Assembly (NCBI GenBank): GCA_964654205.1
Contig: CAZZHR010000002.1
Coordinates: 65,800-129,799, forward strand
Direction: 5' to 3'
DNA: 64,000 nt
Source: an uncultured Candidatus Saccharibacteria bacterium
Lineage (GTDB): Bacteria > Patescibacteriota > Minisyncoccia > Phycocordibacterales > UBA2100
Shown here: piece by piece, positions 40,822 to 49,444 of the stretch
Layout: each line of letters starts with the position of its first letter
How positions within the stretch are numbered: the first letter of the stretch is position 1
The notes under the pieces: generated by a model
The model's database searches: none
Seen by the model: the letters and a program-made list of their open reading frames with translations, nothing else
What the model was told of the DNA's origin: nothing
Translations under genes and position numbers: made by a program

Positions 40822-41259
40822 ATGACAAAGAAACACCCTATCACCGTGGTTGTATCCGGAGGTTTCGACCCTGTACATATCGGCCACGTCCGAATGTTTC
40901 GCGAAGCCAAAAAGCTCGGAGACACGCTTATTGTGGTCTTGAATAATGACAATTGGGTGAAGGACAAAAAGGGGTACGTATTCATGCCCGCCAAGGAGCG
41001 GAAAGAAGTTATTGAAAGCATTAAATATGTTGATAAGGTCGCACTCTCATCTCACATACCAGGCGACGCGGACAAGACCATCGCGCGTGAACTGAGGCGT
41101 ATTAGACCCGATATTTTTGCCAATGGTGGTGGTGCGAAGCATATGCCTGGTAATGAACTCGACACCTGTCGTGAACTCGGCATTCAACTCGCTTACGACG
41201 TGGGGGGCAGAAAGAAAGTTCAGTCGAGCTCGCGGCTCGTACAAAATTCAAGGCACTGA
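40822..41259 (+). CDS. stand-alone cytidylyl/adenylyltransferase-like protein, paralog of the N-terminal domain of 30868-31686
   Basis: [37 protein letters not shown] aligns almost residue for residue with [37 protein letters not shown]. Confidence 0.85.
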   Translation: [145 protein letters not shown]

Positions 41260-41288
41260 TTGACAATAGTGATGTAAATCTGCATAGT
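41260..41288 (+). promoter_or_regulatory. sigma70-like promoter: TTGACA, 17-nt spacer, CATAGT
   Basis: A perfect -35 hexamer and a plausible -10, upstream of the SD-led (GGGAGA) ATG 41330. Confidence 0.5.
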
Positions 41289-41329
41289 TGCACCGGACCA
41301 TCCCGAAACGATTGGTGTGGGAGACAATA

Positions 41330-42205
41330 ATGCTGACATTAGATGCGGCCACGCTGCTCTCGCGAGCTGCGTACGGCCAAGACATGTTCGTCACGGAAGC
41401 CCAGGTGGCAGAGCGCGGCGAGCGACTCGCGATCAATGTTCCGGAAGGGGCGCGCGTCGCCACCAGTCGCGCGGAGCGGTGGGAGCTCTCGGCTACGAAC
41501 AATCCGAAGTGGCGCTGGTCGCAAGGCGGTGCGCTTCCACTCATGCGTCTGCGCGACGCGATCGTCGCTCCGCTTCAGCTCTCGGATTCGACGTTGCCCT
41601 TGTACGCCAATCACCTTACGGCGGCGACAGGGCTCGCGAGCTCACCCGAGGAATGGGTCAATCCCAGACGCCTTATGCGTGAAGCGTTCGAAGAGATCGC
41701 GATCGCGACGCCGACCGGTATAGCGATTCCCATCTTCAACGACCCCGAACTCGACACGCTTTCCTTCGGCACATTACCTGGGGTTCTGTCGCTCATCGAG
41801 ATGCAGAGTGACTTGCCAGACCTCTTCCACCTCGGTGTGTTCAACCGCGTGCGGGCGCAACACCTGCCACTTCGCGGCGAACGCTCGATTAGCGTGAGTA
41901 TTTTCGGAAGGATCGTCTCGCACATGCGAGCGGTCGCGGTCTTGGACGAGACGACGCGCGGAGTCGATATTATGCATGCGTATCAAATCGATCTGCGTGC
42001 GTGGAGGCTCGACGAGATCTCGCTCTTTTGCGCCGAGTCACGCGACGGTGTGCCGACCAATAGTGAGATCGCTTGTCTCGAGTTCAATGACGACTTCGAG
42101 CCTCTGCGAATCATCCGGTCGTTCAAGACAGGCAAGGCGATTGAGGGCACGGGCTCGATGGAGCGGATCTCGCCGGTTCTGAGGGCGACGCTCGCATCGC
42201 TCTGA
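41330..42205 (+). CDS. hypothetical protein, possibly a degenerate Nudix fold
   Basis: GLASSPEEWVNPRRLMREAFEEIAI loosely resembles the Nudix box Gx5Ex7REUxEExGU, but the spacing is off by one. No other motif was recognised. Confidence 0.5.
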   Translation: MLTLDAATLLSRAAYGQDMFVTEAQVAERGERLAINVPEGARVATSRAERWELSATNNPKWRWSQGGALPLMRLRDAIVAPLQLSDSTLPLYANHLTAATGLASSPEEWVNPRRLMREAFEEIAIATPTGIAIPIFNDPELDTLSFGTLPGVLSLIEMQSDLPDLFHLGVFNRVRAQHLPLRGERSISVSIFGRIVSHMRAVAVLDETTRGVDIMHAYQIDLRAWRLDEISLFCAESRDGVPTNSEIACLEFNDDFEPLRIIRSFKTGKAIEGTGSMERISPVLRATLASL

Positions 42206-42223
42206 AGCACACGCAATCTTGCG

Positions 42224-42254
42224 AGCCCCGGCGACGCCGGGGCTTGTTCTTTTA
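42224..42254 (+). terminator. rho-independent terminator: AGCCCCGG/CCGGGGCT, then TGTTCTTTT
   Basis: An 8-bp stem, a 5-nt loop and a T-rich tail. Confidence 0.7.
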
Positions 42255-42285
42255 TATGAGCGCGCAATCGGCTACTATGCATGTA

Positions 42286-43419
42286 ATGAACAGAATCAGG
42301 GTCGCCATAATGACCGACGATTTTGATCCGCGACCAGAGCGGACTTTGTACTATCGCCGCCTCATTGAGCGCCTCATTGCATCCCCAGAGCTGGAAGTTA
42401 CCCTCGTCCATGCGAAAGCGGTGCCAGATGAACCGCTCTATGCGCAGACGCGCGAGGTCATCATGCCGCGTGTACAGCTGCCATTCGGTTCGCGATTCGT
42501 GGCATTTTTGCGCTACTGTTTGACCACCGAGGACCGATACGACATCGTGCACTGGCTGAAACCTCGTATTTTTCCTTTCTTCTGGCTTTTCCCAGCGAGG
42601 CGGATCATCGTTATGGCGCATGGCGGTGGTGACGTGTTTGTTCCAGGCATATGGACCCTCTCACGTCGCATATTTAACTGGACAATGATCTATTTTGGCA
42701 ACCGTATCCATACACTTATTGCAGTATCTGAGTACGCGAATAAAGAAATTGTGTACGCTTACAGAGCGCATCCGGAAAAAGTTGTGACCATCTATAACCC
42801 TGTCGATCCTCTGTACACACAGCCCTTTTCAGAAACTGTCGAGGCAGAGATCCGCCGCGAACACGGGCTAAGGGAGCCCTACTTCTTTTCGATAAGCCGA
42901 TTCCGCCTGCATAAAAATATTGGCCGTACTGTCGAGGCATTCGTGAGATACAGGACAGAACATCCCGAGAGTCGTGAACATCTTGCGCTCGGAGGTGGCT
43001 CGCTCGACGAGTTCGAGACGGCGTACGGCCCTCTTCTCGATTCCCCGTATACTAAGGATATCCACTTCCTAGGATATATCCCTTCCGAACATCTCCCAGC
43101 TCTCTACAGAGGCGCCACTGCGCTCGTATTCATATCGCTCAATGAGGGCTTTGGACTACCTGTCGTCGAGGCTATGGCCTGCAAGACGCCTGTCATCGTT
43201 TCGAATGTGACGTCGCTTCCTGAGATTGCAGGCGACGCTGGTGTCATAGTGGATCCGCAGAGCACCAGCGACGTAGCCGCCGCTATGTCCAGGGTCGCTC
43301 TCGATGAGCCATTTAGGAGGCAGCTCGTGGAGCGTGGGTACAAACGCAGTACATTCTTTACGTGGGACAAGAACTTCGCCTCTGTTCTCGCACTCTACAA
43401 ACGCGCTCTCTCTCAATGA
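42286..43419 (+). CDS. GT4-family glycosyltransferase
   Basis: EGFGLPVVEAMACKTPVIVSNVTSLPEIAGDAG (the EX7E region). Start moved past the terminator to MNRIRVAIM, with TACTAT 7 nt upstream. Confidence 0.88.
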   Translation: MNRIRVAIMTDDFDPRPERTLYYRRLIERLIASPELEVTLVHAKAVPDEPLYAQTREVIMPRVQLPFGSRFVAFLRYCLTTEDRYDIVHWLKPRIFPFFWLFPARRIIVMAHGGGDVFVPGIWTLSRRIFNWTMIYFGNRIHTLIAVSEYANKEIVYAYRAHPEKVVTIYNPVDPLYTQPFSETVEAEIRREHGLREPYFFSISRFRLHKNIGRTVEAFVRYRTEHPESREHLALGGGSLDEFETAYGPLLDSPYTKDIHFLGYIPSEHLPALYRGATALVFISLNEGFGLPVVEAMACKTPVIVSNVTSLPEIAGDAGVIVDPQSTSDVAAAMSRVALDEPFRRQLVERGYKRSTFFTWDKNFASVLALYKRALSQ

Positions 43420-43811
43420 CTATGGAACTCCGCACACCACTTCCCGAAGCTCTCGATCGACTCTCAATCCTCACACTCAAGCTCGAACACACACCCGAGA
43501 ATGATCCTCGACGTACGAGCGTGAAGAAGGAATATGATTTTTATCGCGCCGTGGTGGAAAGCTATCGCACGGATGGTACTCCTGTACAGAACGCGTGGCT
43601 CGATGAGCTTGTAGCGGTCAATCGCACATGCTGGGATATGGAGGACGCCATCCGTGAAGGCAAGGAGGGAGGCCTTACACTAGAGGAAGTAGGTAGGCGT
43701 GCGCTTGAACTAAGAGATCTCAATAAACAACGCATCTCCGTGAAGAATCGGATTGCGAAGGAGTGCGGCCTCGACTTTTTCGAGGTCAAAATACGGCACG
43801 CGTCTGAATAG
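43416..43811 (+). CDS. small helical protein resembling DUF4254
   Basis: VNRTCWDMEDAIRE and LRDLNKQRISVKNRIAKE resemble the DUF4254 pattern (N..LW..ED..R ... Nq.Rnd.Ie.iD), recalled from memory. ATGA overlap with the upstream GT. Confidence 0.5.
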   Translation: MTMELRTPLPEALDRLSILTLKLEHTPENDPRRTSVKKEYDFYRAVVESYRTDGTPVQNAWLDELVAVNRTCWDMEDAIREGKEGGLTLEEVGRRALELRDLNKQRISVKNRIAKECGLDFFEVKIRHASE

Positions 43812-43814
43812 CTC

Positions 43815-44942
43815 CTAGGTTCGCTCTAACGCCTCTTTGACAATCTTGATCACGTAATCCACCTCGTTTTTCTTGAGCTTCGCATACATCGGGAGTGACA
43901 CAGTGCTGCCCGCAATCTTCTCCGCTATGGGAAAATCCCGTGTCTTGAATCCGAACTTCTTCTTGTAGAGCGTAAAAAGGTGGATAGGCGGATAGTTGAT
44001 GACGGCGCCAACACCGTGAGTATTCAAGTATGCGAGTACCGCGTCGCGCTTTTTCGCCTCCACCCAAATGGGAAAGAGATGGTATCCGTGAATCGCGCCA
44101 CGAAGCGCCTCCGGCATTTGAATAGCCAGATTCTTGAAACCGGCGCGATACTTTTTTGCCACCGCTTCTCTTTTTGCGCGCGTCGAATCCGCTTTTCTCA
44201 ACTGCGGCAAGAGCATGGCACCCTGTATATTGTTCATGTTTGCTTTCCATCCAGCCACGTTAATATCGTATGTCTTAAGCCCCGTCCTCTCGCGTTGGGC
44301 GAGCTCCGACGTGATGCCATGTGAACGCAATTGACGCATGAGCGCTGCGACATCATCGCTCTGCGTTGCAAACGCCCCGCCTTCGCCGCTTGTAATTCCT
44401 TTTGTCGCATAAAAACTAAAGCAGGCGCCGAATGACTTTTCGCCCGGCCGAATGCCATCGCGCTTAGCCTCAAGAGCATGTGCAGCGTCCTCGATGACAA
44501 TGAGCTTGTTCCTTTTTGCGATGGAAAGGATTTTCTTCATATCAACCATTTGCCCGTACAGATGGACGGGCAGTATGGCTTTAGTGCGCTTCGTAATGGC
44601 TTTTTCTATGAGGTCCGCGTTGATATTGCCCGTATGCGACTCAACATCAACGAAAACCGGTTTTGCTCCGGTCATCAAAATGACATTCGAACTCGCGACA
44701 AACGACATGGGTGTCGTGATGACCTCGTCTCCTTCCCCTACGCCGGCAGCAAGCAGCGCGAGATGCAACGCGCTCGTACAGCTCATAAGCCCGATTGCAT
44801 GTTTTGTGCCAAGGTATCGAGCGAGTGCCTTCTCAAACGCGTCCACGTCCGCGCCTGTCGTGAGGAAAAGTGACTGCAGCACACCATCGACGGCGGCGCG
44901 TTCCTTTTCTCCCACATTATGTTTAAAAAAAGCCACTTTCAT
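43815..44942 (-). CDS. DegT/DnrJ/EryC1/StrS-family PLP-dependent sugar aminotransferase
   Basis: FSFYATKGITSGEGGA (PLP Lys) and a family-typical N-terminal region. Confidence 0.9.
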   Translation of the reverse strand: MKVAFFKHNVGEKERAAVDGVLQSLFLTTGADVDAFEKALARYLGTKHAIGLMSCTSALHLALLAAGVGEGDEVITTPMSFVASSNVILMTGAKPVFVDVESHTGNINADLIEKAITKRTKAILPVHLYGQMVDMKKILSIAKRNKLIVIEDAAHALEAKRDGIRPGEKSFGACFSFYATKGITSGEGGAFATQSDDVAALMRQLRSHGITSELAQRERTGLKTYDINVAGWKANMNNIQGAMLLPQLRKADSTRAKREAVAKKYRAGFKNLAIQMPEALRGAIHGYHLFPIWVEAKKRDAVLAYLNTHGVGAVINYPPIHLFTLYKKKFGFKTRDFPIAEKIAGSTVSLPMYAKLKKNEVDYVIKIVKEALERT

Positions 44943-44943
44943 A

Positions 44944-45930
44944 CTAGACCCTTGATACTTCGGAGAATATCTGTTTGAAAACTTCTATATTGTAGTAGCG
45001 CAGATTGGCGTAGTCGAAAGAAGCATCGTAGTGTTCGTCCAAACCTTTCAGTATCGATGCCACGGAGCCAGTTGGTCTAAATTTGAGCTCTTTCTTAGCC
45101 TTTTCTATGGTCGCGGTGTAATTGCGAAGATCTGGTGAGTTGAGTATCTCGAGTGCTATCTCTACACCGTGCTTCTTTTTAAAGTGCGCTTGTATCTCTT
45201 CGGCTACCGCTCCCACTGTGACGTTGCAACTCGCAATGTTAAACGTACCAGAAACAGCTTGTGGTGCCTCGATAGCGAGGATGTACGCCTGCACGGCGTC
45301 ATCCATATCAAGAAGCGGGCGACCTATCTTGGGATTGTCTACGACTATCTTTTTTCTCAGGCGGGCATTTTTGTACATCGCATTCACAAGGAGGTCGAAG
45401 CGCATGCGCGGACTCCAACCTGATACGGTACCTTTCCGAATCGCAATGACCGAAAAATCTTTGCTCGCGAGAGGCATAAGTGCTTGATTCGCCTGCGCCT
45501 TGGACGCGCCATACGGATACGCAGACGTGAGCGGCGCGTTTTCGTCGCACACTTTCCCGTCGGCATTGCCATACACAGAACACGAATCGGCGAATATGAA
45601 TCGATTGACCCCCGCATGGAGAGCTGCAAATGCCGAATACGCTGGAACGCCAAGATTGCTGATAAAGTTGTACGCGCTCGCATACTGCGCCATCGGATCG
45701 CTCGAGAGACCGGCGAGAAATACGACCGTATCAAACCCTTTAAAAAAATCCTGCGGCACCTTGAGTACGTCGGATTTTACTAGTGTTACGGACTCATCGA
45801 GATGGTTCCCAAACCAGCACGGATCGACGACCGTGACTTTGTACCCGCGCTCAAGCAGCTCGGGAACAAGTCTGGTCCCGATGTATCCTGCCCCACCTAT
45901 TACGCACAGGCTTCGAGGGCTCTTTGTCAT
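44944..45930 (-). CDS. NAD-dependent nucleotide-sugar epimerase/dehydratase (SDR)
   Basis: VIGGAGYIGTRLV and YGASK (YxxxK). TATACA lies 6 nt upstream of the ATG. Confidence 0.88.
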   Translation of the reverse strand: MTKSPRSLCVIGGAGYIGTRLVPELLERGYKVTVVDPCWFGNHLDESVTLVKSDVLKVPQDFFKGFDTVVFLAGLSSDPMAQYASAYNFISNLGVPAYSAFAALHAGVNRFIFADSCSVYGNADGKVCDENAPLTSAYPYGASKAQANQALMPLASKDFSVIAIRKGTVSGWSPRMRFDLLVNAMYKNARLRKKIVVDNPKIGRPLLDMDDAVQAYILAIEAPQAVSGTFNIASCNVTVGAVAEEIQAHFKKKHGVEIALEILNSPDLRNYTATIEKAKKELKFRPTGSVASILKGLDEHYDASFDYANLRYYNIEVFKQIFSEVSRV

Positions 45931-45983
45931 GTTGGCTGTATAGTACGCACAATCGTGGTGTAAATCAAACGTACACGTCTCTC

Positions 45984-46649
45984 CTACTGTCCCGTGTCAC
46001 CCTGCTTATATATTTTTAGAATGTACGTGTGTCCATCGTGTGTAAAATGCGCAGGATATCGTTCGTTGTCGACCACTCGAAGCAAGTTGAATTGCTGGAG
46101 AATGGTTTGATGTATGTCGAGTTCGCTATCTTTGGATTTACGCTTCTTGTACCACGTACTTTCCCCCCGCTGCTCTCTCGGCTCATTGTGTGGATATGCA
46201 TCGATGAATTTAAGTGCGAGTTCAATGGTTTTTTGTCCTTGCGCTTGCTTCAGCTCTTCATTGAGTTCATGTCCTTGAAAATGAATAGTGTCCTTATAGT
46301 AGTACGGTCCCGAATCTACTTTTGCCACAGCCTCGAAGAGCGTTACAGGGATATCATTTTTACCCTCCAATATTTGCCAGGTCAGCGGTGAAAATCCTTG
46401 GCCGAGCGGGAGATCGCTCGGGTGAATCACGATGTTGTGCCTGTGTTTTTGTAGCGTGGACTCCGGCACAATCTTGTCGCAGCTAAGTATGAAGAGGATG
46501 TCGCCTTTCTCTATATCATTTTCCACCCCGAAAATTCTTACTGAGTGTCCTCGCGACTCGATGGCCAACTTAAGTTCAGCAATGTAGGGGTGTATCCAGC
46601 TATTTGGATTATCAACGAATATCGATATTGAGAGGTTTTGCTTTGCCAT
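45984..46649 (-). CDS. formyltransferase-domain protein (sugar N-formyltransferase candidate)
   Basis: NIVIHPSDLPLGQGFSPLTWQILEG matches the Formyl_trans_N motif (H.SLLP..RG..P). GATAAT lies 6 nt upstream of ATG 46649. Confidence 0.78.
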   Translation of the reverse strand: MAKQNLSISIFVDNPNSWIHPYIAELKLAIESRGHSVRIFGVENDIEKGDILFILSCDKIVPESTLQKHRHNIVIHPSDLPLGQGFSPLTWQILEGKNDIPVTLFEAVAKVDSGPYYYKDTIHFQGHELNEELKQAQGQKTIELALKFIDAYPHNEPREQRGESTWYKKRKSKDSELDIHQTILQQFNLLRVVDNERYPAHFTHDGHTYILKIYKQGDTGQ

Positions 46650-46659
46650 AGCGCAATTA

Positions 46660-47793
46660 TCATCGTCGCGAGCGCTTGTGGTCAAGGAGTTGCGAAAAGA
46701 GTCTCGCCAGTGCGGCCGCGGAGTTTTCTATCGTACGGTCGCCGTAGCGCACCCTTGCTTCTCGGGCGAGGCGCGCCATAAGAGCATCATCAGAGAGTGC
46801 GCGAACAAGCGCGCGGGCAAGCCCCTCTACATCTCGAGGCTCCGCGAGAAGTCCTGTTTCTTCGTGCTTTATGACGTCCGGGATACCGCCCACGTTCGAC
46901 GCCACGATGGGTAGATCTGAAAAGAACGCTTCCGCAAGTACCATGCCTTGCCCTTCCCACACCGAAGGAAATACGAAGATGTCCGCACTTCTCATAAGGT
47001 CTGGTACATCTTTGCGGGCGCCTAGGAAGATGACTCTGTGCTCAATGCCGAGTTCTTTTGCCTCCTGTTTGAGCGAGGCTTCAAGCCCACCTATTCCCGC
47101 TATTGCAAAATATGTGTCTGGCTTATCTTTAAGAACCAGCGGCATCGCCCTTAAGAGGTACGTATGACCTTTTTGTTCTATGAGGCGCCCCACTGTGAGT
47201 ACGAAATGCGCACCCTCTGGTATTCCGATTTCGCGCCGTATCTTTACCCTATCTATCGGCGTAGTGAATTTCGAAAGGTCGACCGCGTTCATTGATATTT
47301 CGTGGATTTTCTTTTGGGGAAAACCAATCACATCACGTGCGTAGACAGATATTGCCTGTGTTTGCGAGAGACACGCATCTGTACATTTAGATAAAACCCA
47401 GTCAGTCCAGATGTATTTTTTGGGAAGTGACGGGATGAGGTTCTGTACGGCCGTCACGATAAGTCGCGTACGAGCAAGGAGGGCTGCCAACCTACCGAAG
47501 AGATCCGACATGAACAGTTGTGTGAAGACGACATCAAATTTCTCCCTACGTATGTACCGATATAGTCGAAAGAACCCGGGTACGTCCCAAAAACCCCTGA
47601 AACCGAAATCAATGTATACGACCGACGGTTTCAGCAGGTCTTTGAAGAAAGAGTACTTTTGCTCGGTGCGGAGTGTCGCGACGGTCACATCTACGTCCTT
47701 CTTTTCTAGTTCGTTCGCGAAGTTTACGACGAGCCGTTGTACACCACCGGGCGCGAGCTCATTCGTCAGCAGAAGCAGCTTGAACTTACTCAT
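46660..47793 (-). CDS. GT4-family glycosyltransferase
   Basis: VFPSVWEGQGMVLAEAFFSDLPIVASNVGGIPDVI. Confidence 0.9.
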   Translation of the reverse strand: MSKFKLLLLTNELAPGGVQRLVVNFANELEKKDVDVTVATLRTEQKYSFFKDLLKPSVVYIDFGFRGFWDVPGFFRLYRYIRREKFDVVFTQLFMSDLFGRLAALLARTRLIVTAVQNLIPSLPKKYIWTDWVLSKCTDACLSQTQAISVYARDVIGFPQKKIHEISMNAVDLSKFTTPIDRVKIRREIGIPEGAHFVLTVGRLIEQKGHTYLLRAMPLVLKDKPDTYFAIAGIGGLEASLKQEAKELGIEHRVIFLGARKDVPDLMRSADIFVFPSVWEGQGMVLAEAFFSDLPIVASNVGGIPDVIKHEETGLLAEPRDVEGLARALVRALSDDALMARLAREARVRYGDRTIENSAAALARLFSQLLDHKRSRR

Positions 47794-48419
47794 GAAGAAG
47801 TGCTCTTTACTGCCGCGACGAGGTATCCGAGCGGATAGCGATTGGTTGAGAATGTCTGCTTTTTGTCCAGACCCACGAGCACGTCATCGAGTACAGAACT
47901 CACCAGGCCATGTGCCTGCGCAAGAAGCGGAACCTTCGAAAGAACGTTATGCGCCACGTGGGACGCCGCCGTAAAGGGACCCTTTCCGATAGGCGTTACC
48001 TGCACGTTGTGGAACTCCGCATCCGCGAATATTTTCTTCAGGGTTTCATCAGTGTAGCGAAAGTAATCGTGCGGCGAGGGGTGTACTTGCATGATGAATG
48101 GCACCGCGAGCAGTATCTTCCCGCCGGGCTTGAGTATGCGGCGACACTCTGAAAGGAATTGCTCGTGATTGTAGATGTGCTCCATGATGTTCATGCATAT
48201 GACACCGTCGTACGACGCGTCTGGGAGCGGAAACTTTTCTTCCAGATCGAAAATGTGCTCCGCGCCCGTCTCCCGCGAGAGATTCACGACCTCCACCTTT
48301 TTCTCTCCGCGCAGAAGCGCGTGATAGCCCGAGCGACTATCGCCCCCGACGTCTAACACACGGCCAGTGAGCTCGTGCTTTTCGAGCTCTCTGTACAGTC
48401 GACGTCTCCAGGGACTCAT
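47790..48419 (-). CDS. class I SAM-dependent methyltransferase
   Basis: VLDVGGDSRSGY (motif I-like) and ILKPGGKILLAVPF. 4-nt overlaps with both neighbouring genes. Confidence 0.78.
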   Translation of the reverse strand: MSPWRRRLYRELEKHELTGRVLDVGGDSRSGYHALLRGEKKVEVVNLSRETGAEHIFDLEEKFPLPDASYDGVICMNIMEHIYNHEQFLSECRRILKPGGKILLAVPFIMQVHPSPHDYFRYTDETLKKIFADAEFHNVQVTPIGKGPFTAASHVAHNVLSKVPLLAQAHGLVSSVLDDVLVGLDKKQTFSTNRYPLGYLVAAVKSTSS

Positions 48420-49444
48420 ATATGCATTTCTCTTCTTAGCATCCCGACCAGTGTACCCAAACTATGATCACGCGCCACTTGCTCACGCAGTTCATTCGTG
48501 CCCGCCGAGCCAAGGAACTGCTCGATCCGATCCGACAGCTGATGAGCATCACCCGCTTTGAACCATAGCTTGTCTCCTGCGAATTGCCGATAATCCTCAC
48601 TGCATGCGATGCTTGTGCATCCACAGGCAACCGCTTCGAAGATGGTCTTGTCGAACATACCGCTCGCGCTCGCGTTGACGAATACCTCGTGCACGGAATA
48701 GATAGCTGGCGTTTCGCTGTTCTTCACGCCTGGATAGAATACTACGTTGTCGGAAAGGTTATTCTCGCGGACGAAACGCTTTTGGTCTTCGAGATACCCA
48801 GCACCTTTTGGCAGTGCGTCGCCGTACATCGAAGCCGTAAAATCAATTCCTCTGCTCTTCAAAATCTTGAACGCCTCGAGCATCACGTGGATATTTTTCG
48901 ATGGTGCAATGCGGCCGAGCGAAAGGATACTGCGCGGTTTACGCTCCATCCCAGGCACTGGCCTGAACATATCAGTGTCAATGCCGACAGGCATCAGTAC
49001 ATTCTTTCGATATTTCGCGACGTACGAGCTTTTCGACGTACAGAATGTTTTATGCGAGAGCGCTACGGCTATATCTGTGACAATCCCGGGCGCCCAGTGA
49101 TTGCGCCAGAGATACACGCGCTTGCCCATGAGCCGCCAGAAGATACCGCCGAGCACGACGTACTCCGGATTCATATGTACGAAGACCGCGTCGTACTCGC
49201 GTCGAAGCGTCCACGCGAGTCGATAAAACCGAAGTATATAAAGCAACCGGTTACCACCAGATTCTTTGCCGAGCGAGTACACCTGTACATTCGCCGGGAC
49301 ATCGTGTGCTCCGACACGCAGCCCCACCGCGTGAATGTGCGGGAACTTCGCCGCAAAAGCACGCAGCCACCCATGGAAAAACCCCAACACGGGGTCTTTC
49401 GTATCTATCGCCTGTGTAAACACGAGAAGCCTCGTCCCGTTCAT
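48416..49444 (-). CDS. GT4-like glycosyltransferase, paralog of the C-terminal half of 49441-51423
   Basis: LLVFTQAIDTKDPVLGFFHGWLRAF...VQVYSLGKE aligns with VLVCTESVDRSDPLLGYFHGWLREF...VTEHSLGKE in the next gene. Confidence 0.8.
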   Translation of the reverse strand: MNGTRLLVFTQAIDTKDPVLGFFHGWLRAFAAKFPHIHAVGLRVGAHDVPANVQVYSLGKESGGNRLLYILRFYRLAWTLRREYDAVFVHMNPEYVVLGGIFWRLMGKRVYLWRNHWAPGIVTDIAVALSHKTFCTSKSSYVAKYRKNVLMPVGIDTDMFRPVPGMERKPRSILSLGRIAPSKNIHVMLEAFKILKSRGIDFTASMYGDALPKGAGYLEDQKRFVRENNLSDNVVFYPGVKNSETPAIYSVHEVFVNASASGMFDKTIFEAVACGCTSIACSEDYRQFAGDKLWFKAGDAHQLSDRIEQFLGSAGTNELREQVARDHSLGTLVGMLRREMHI

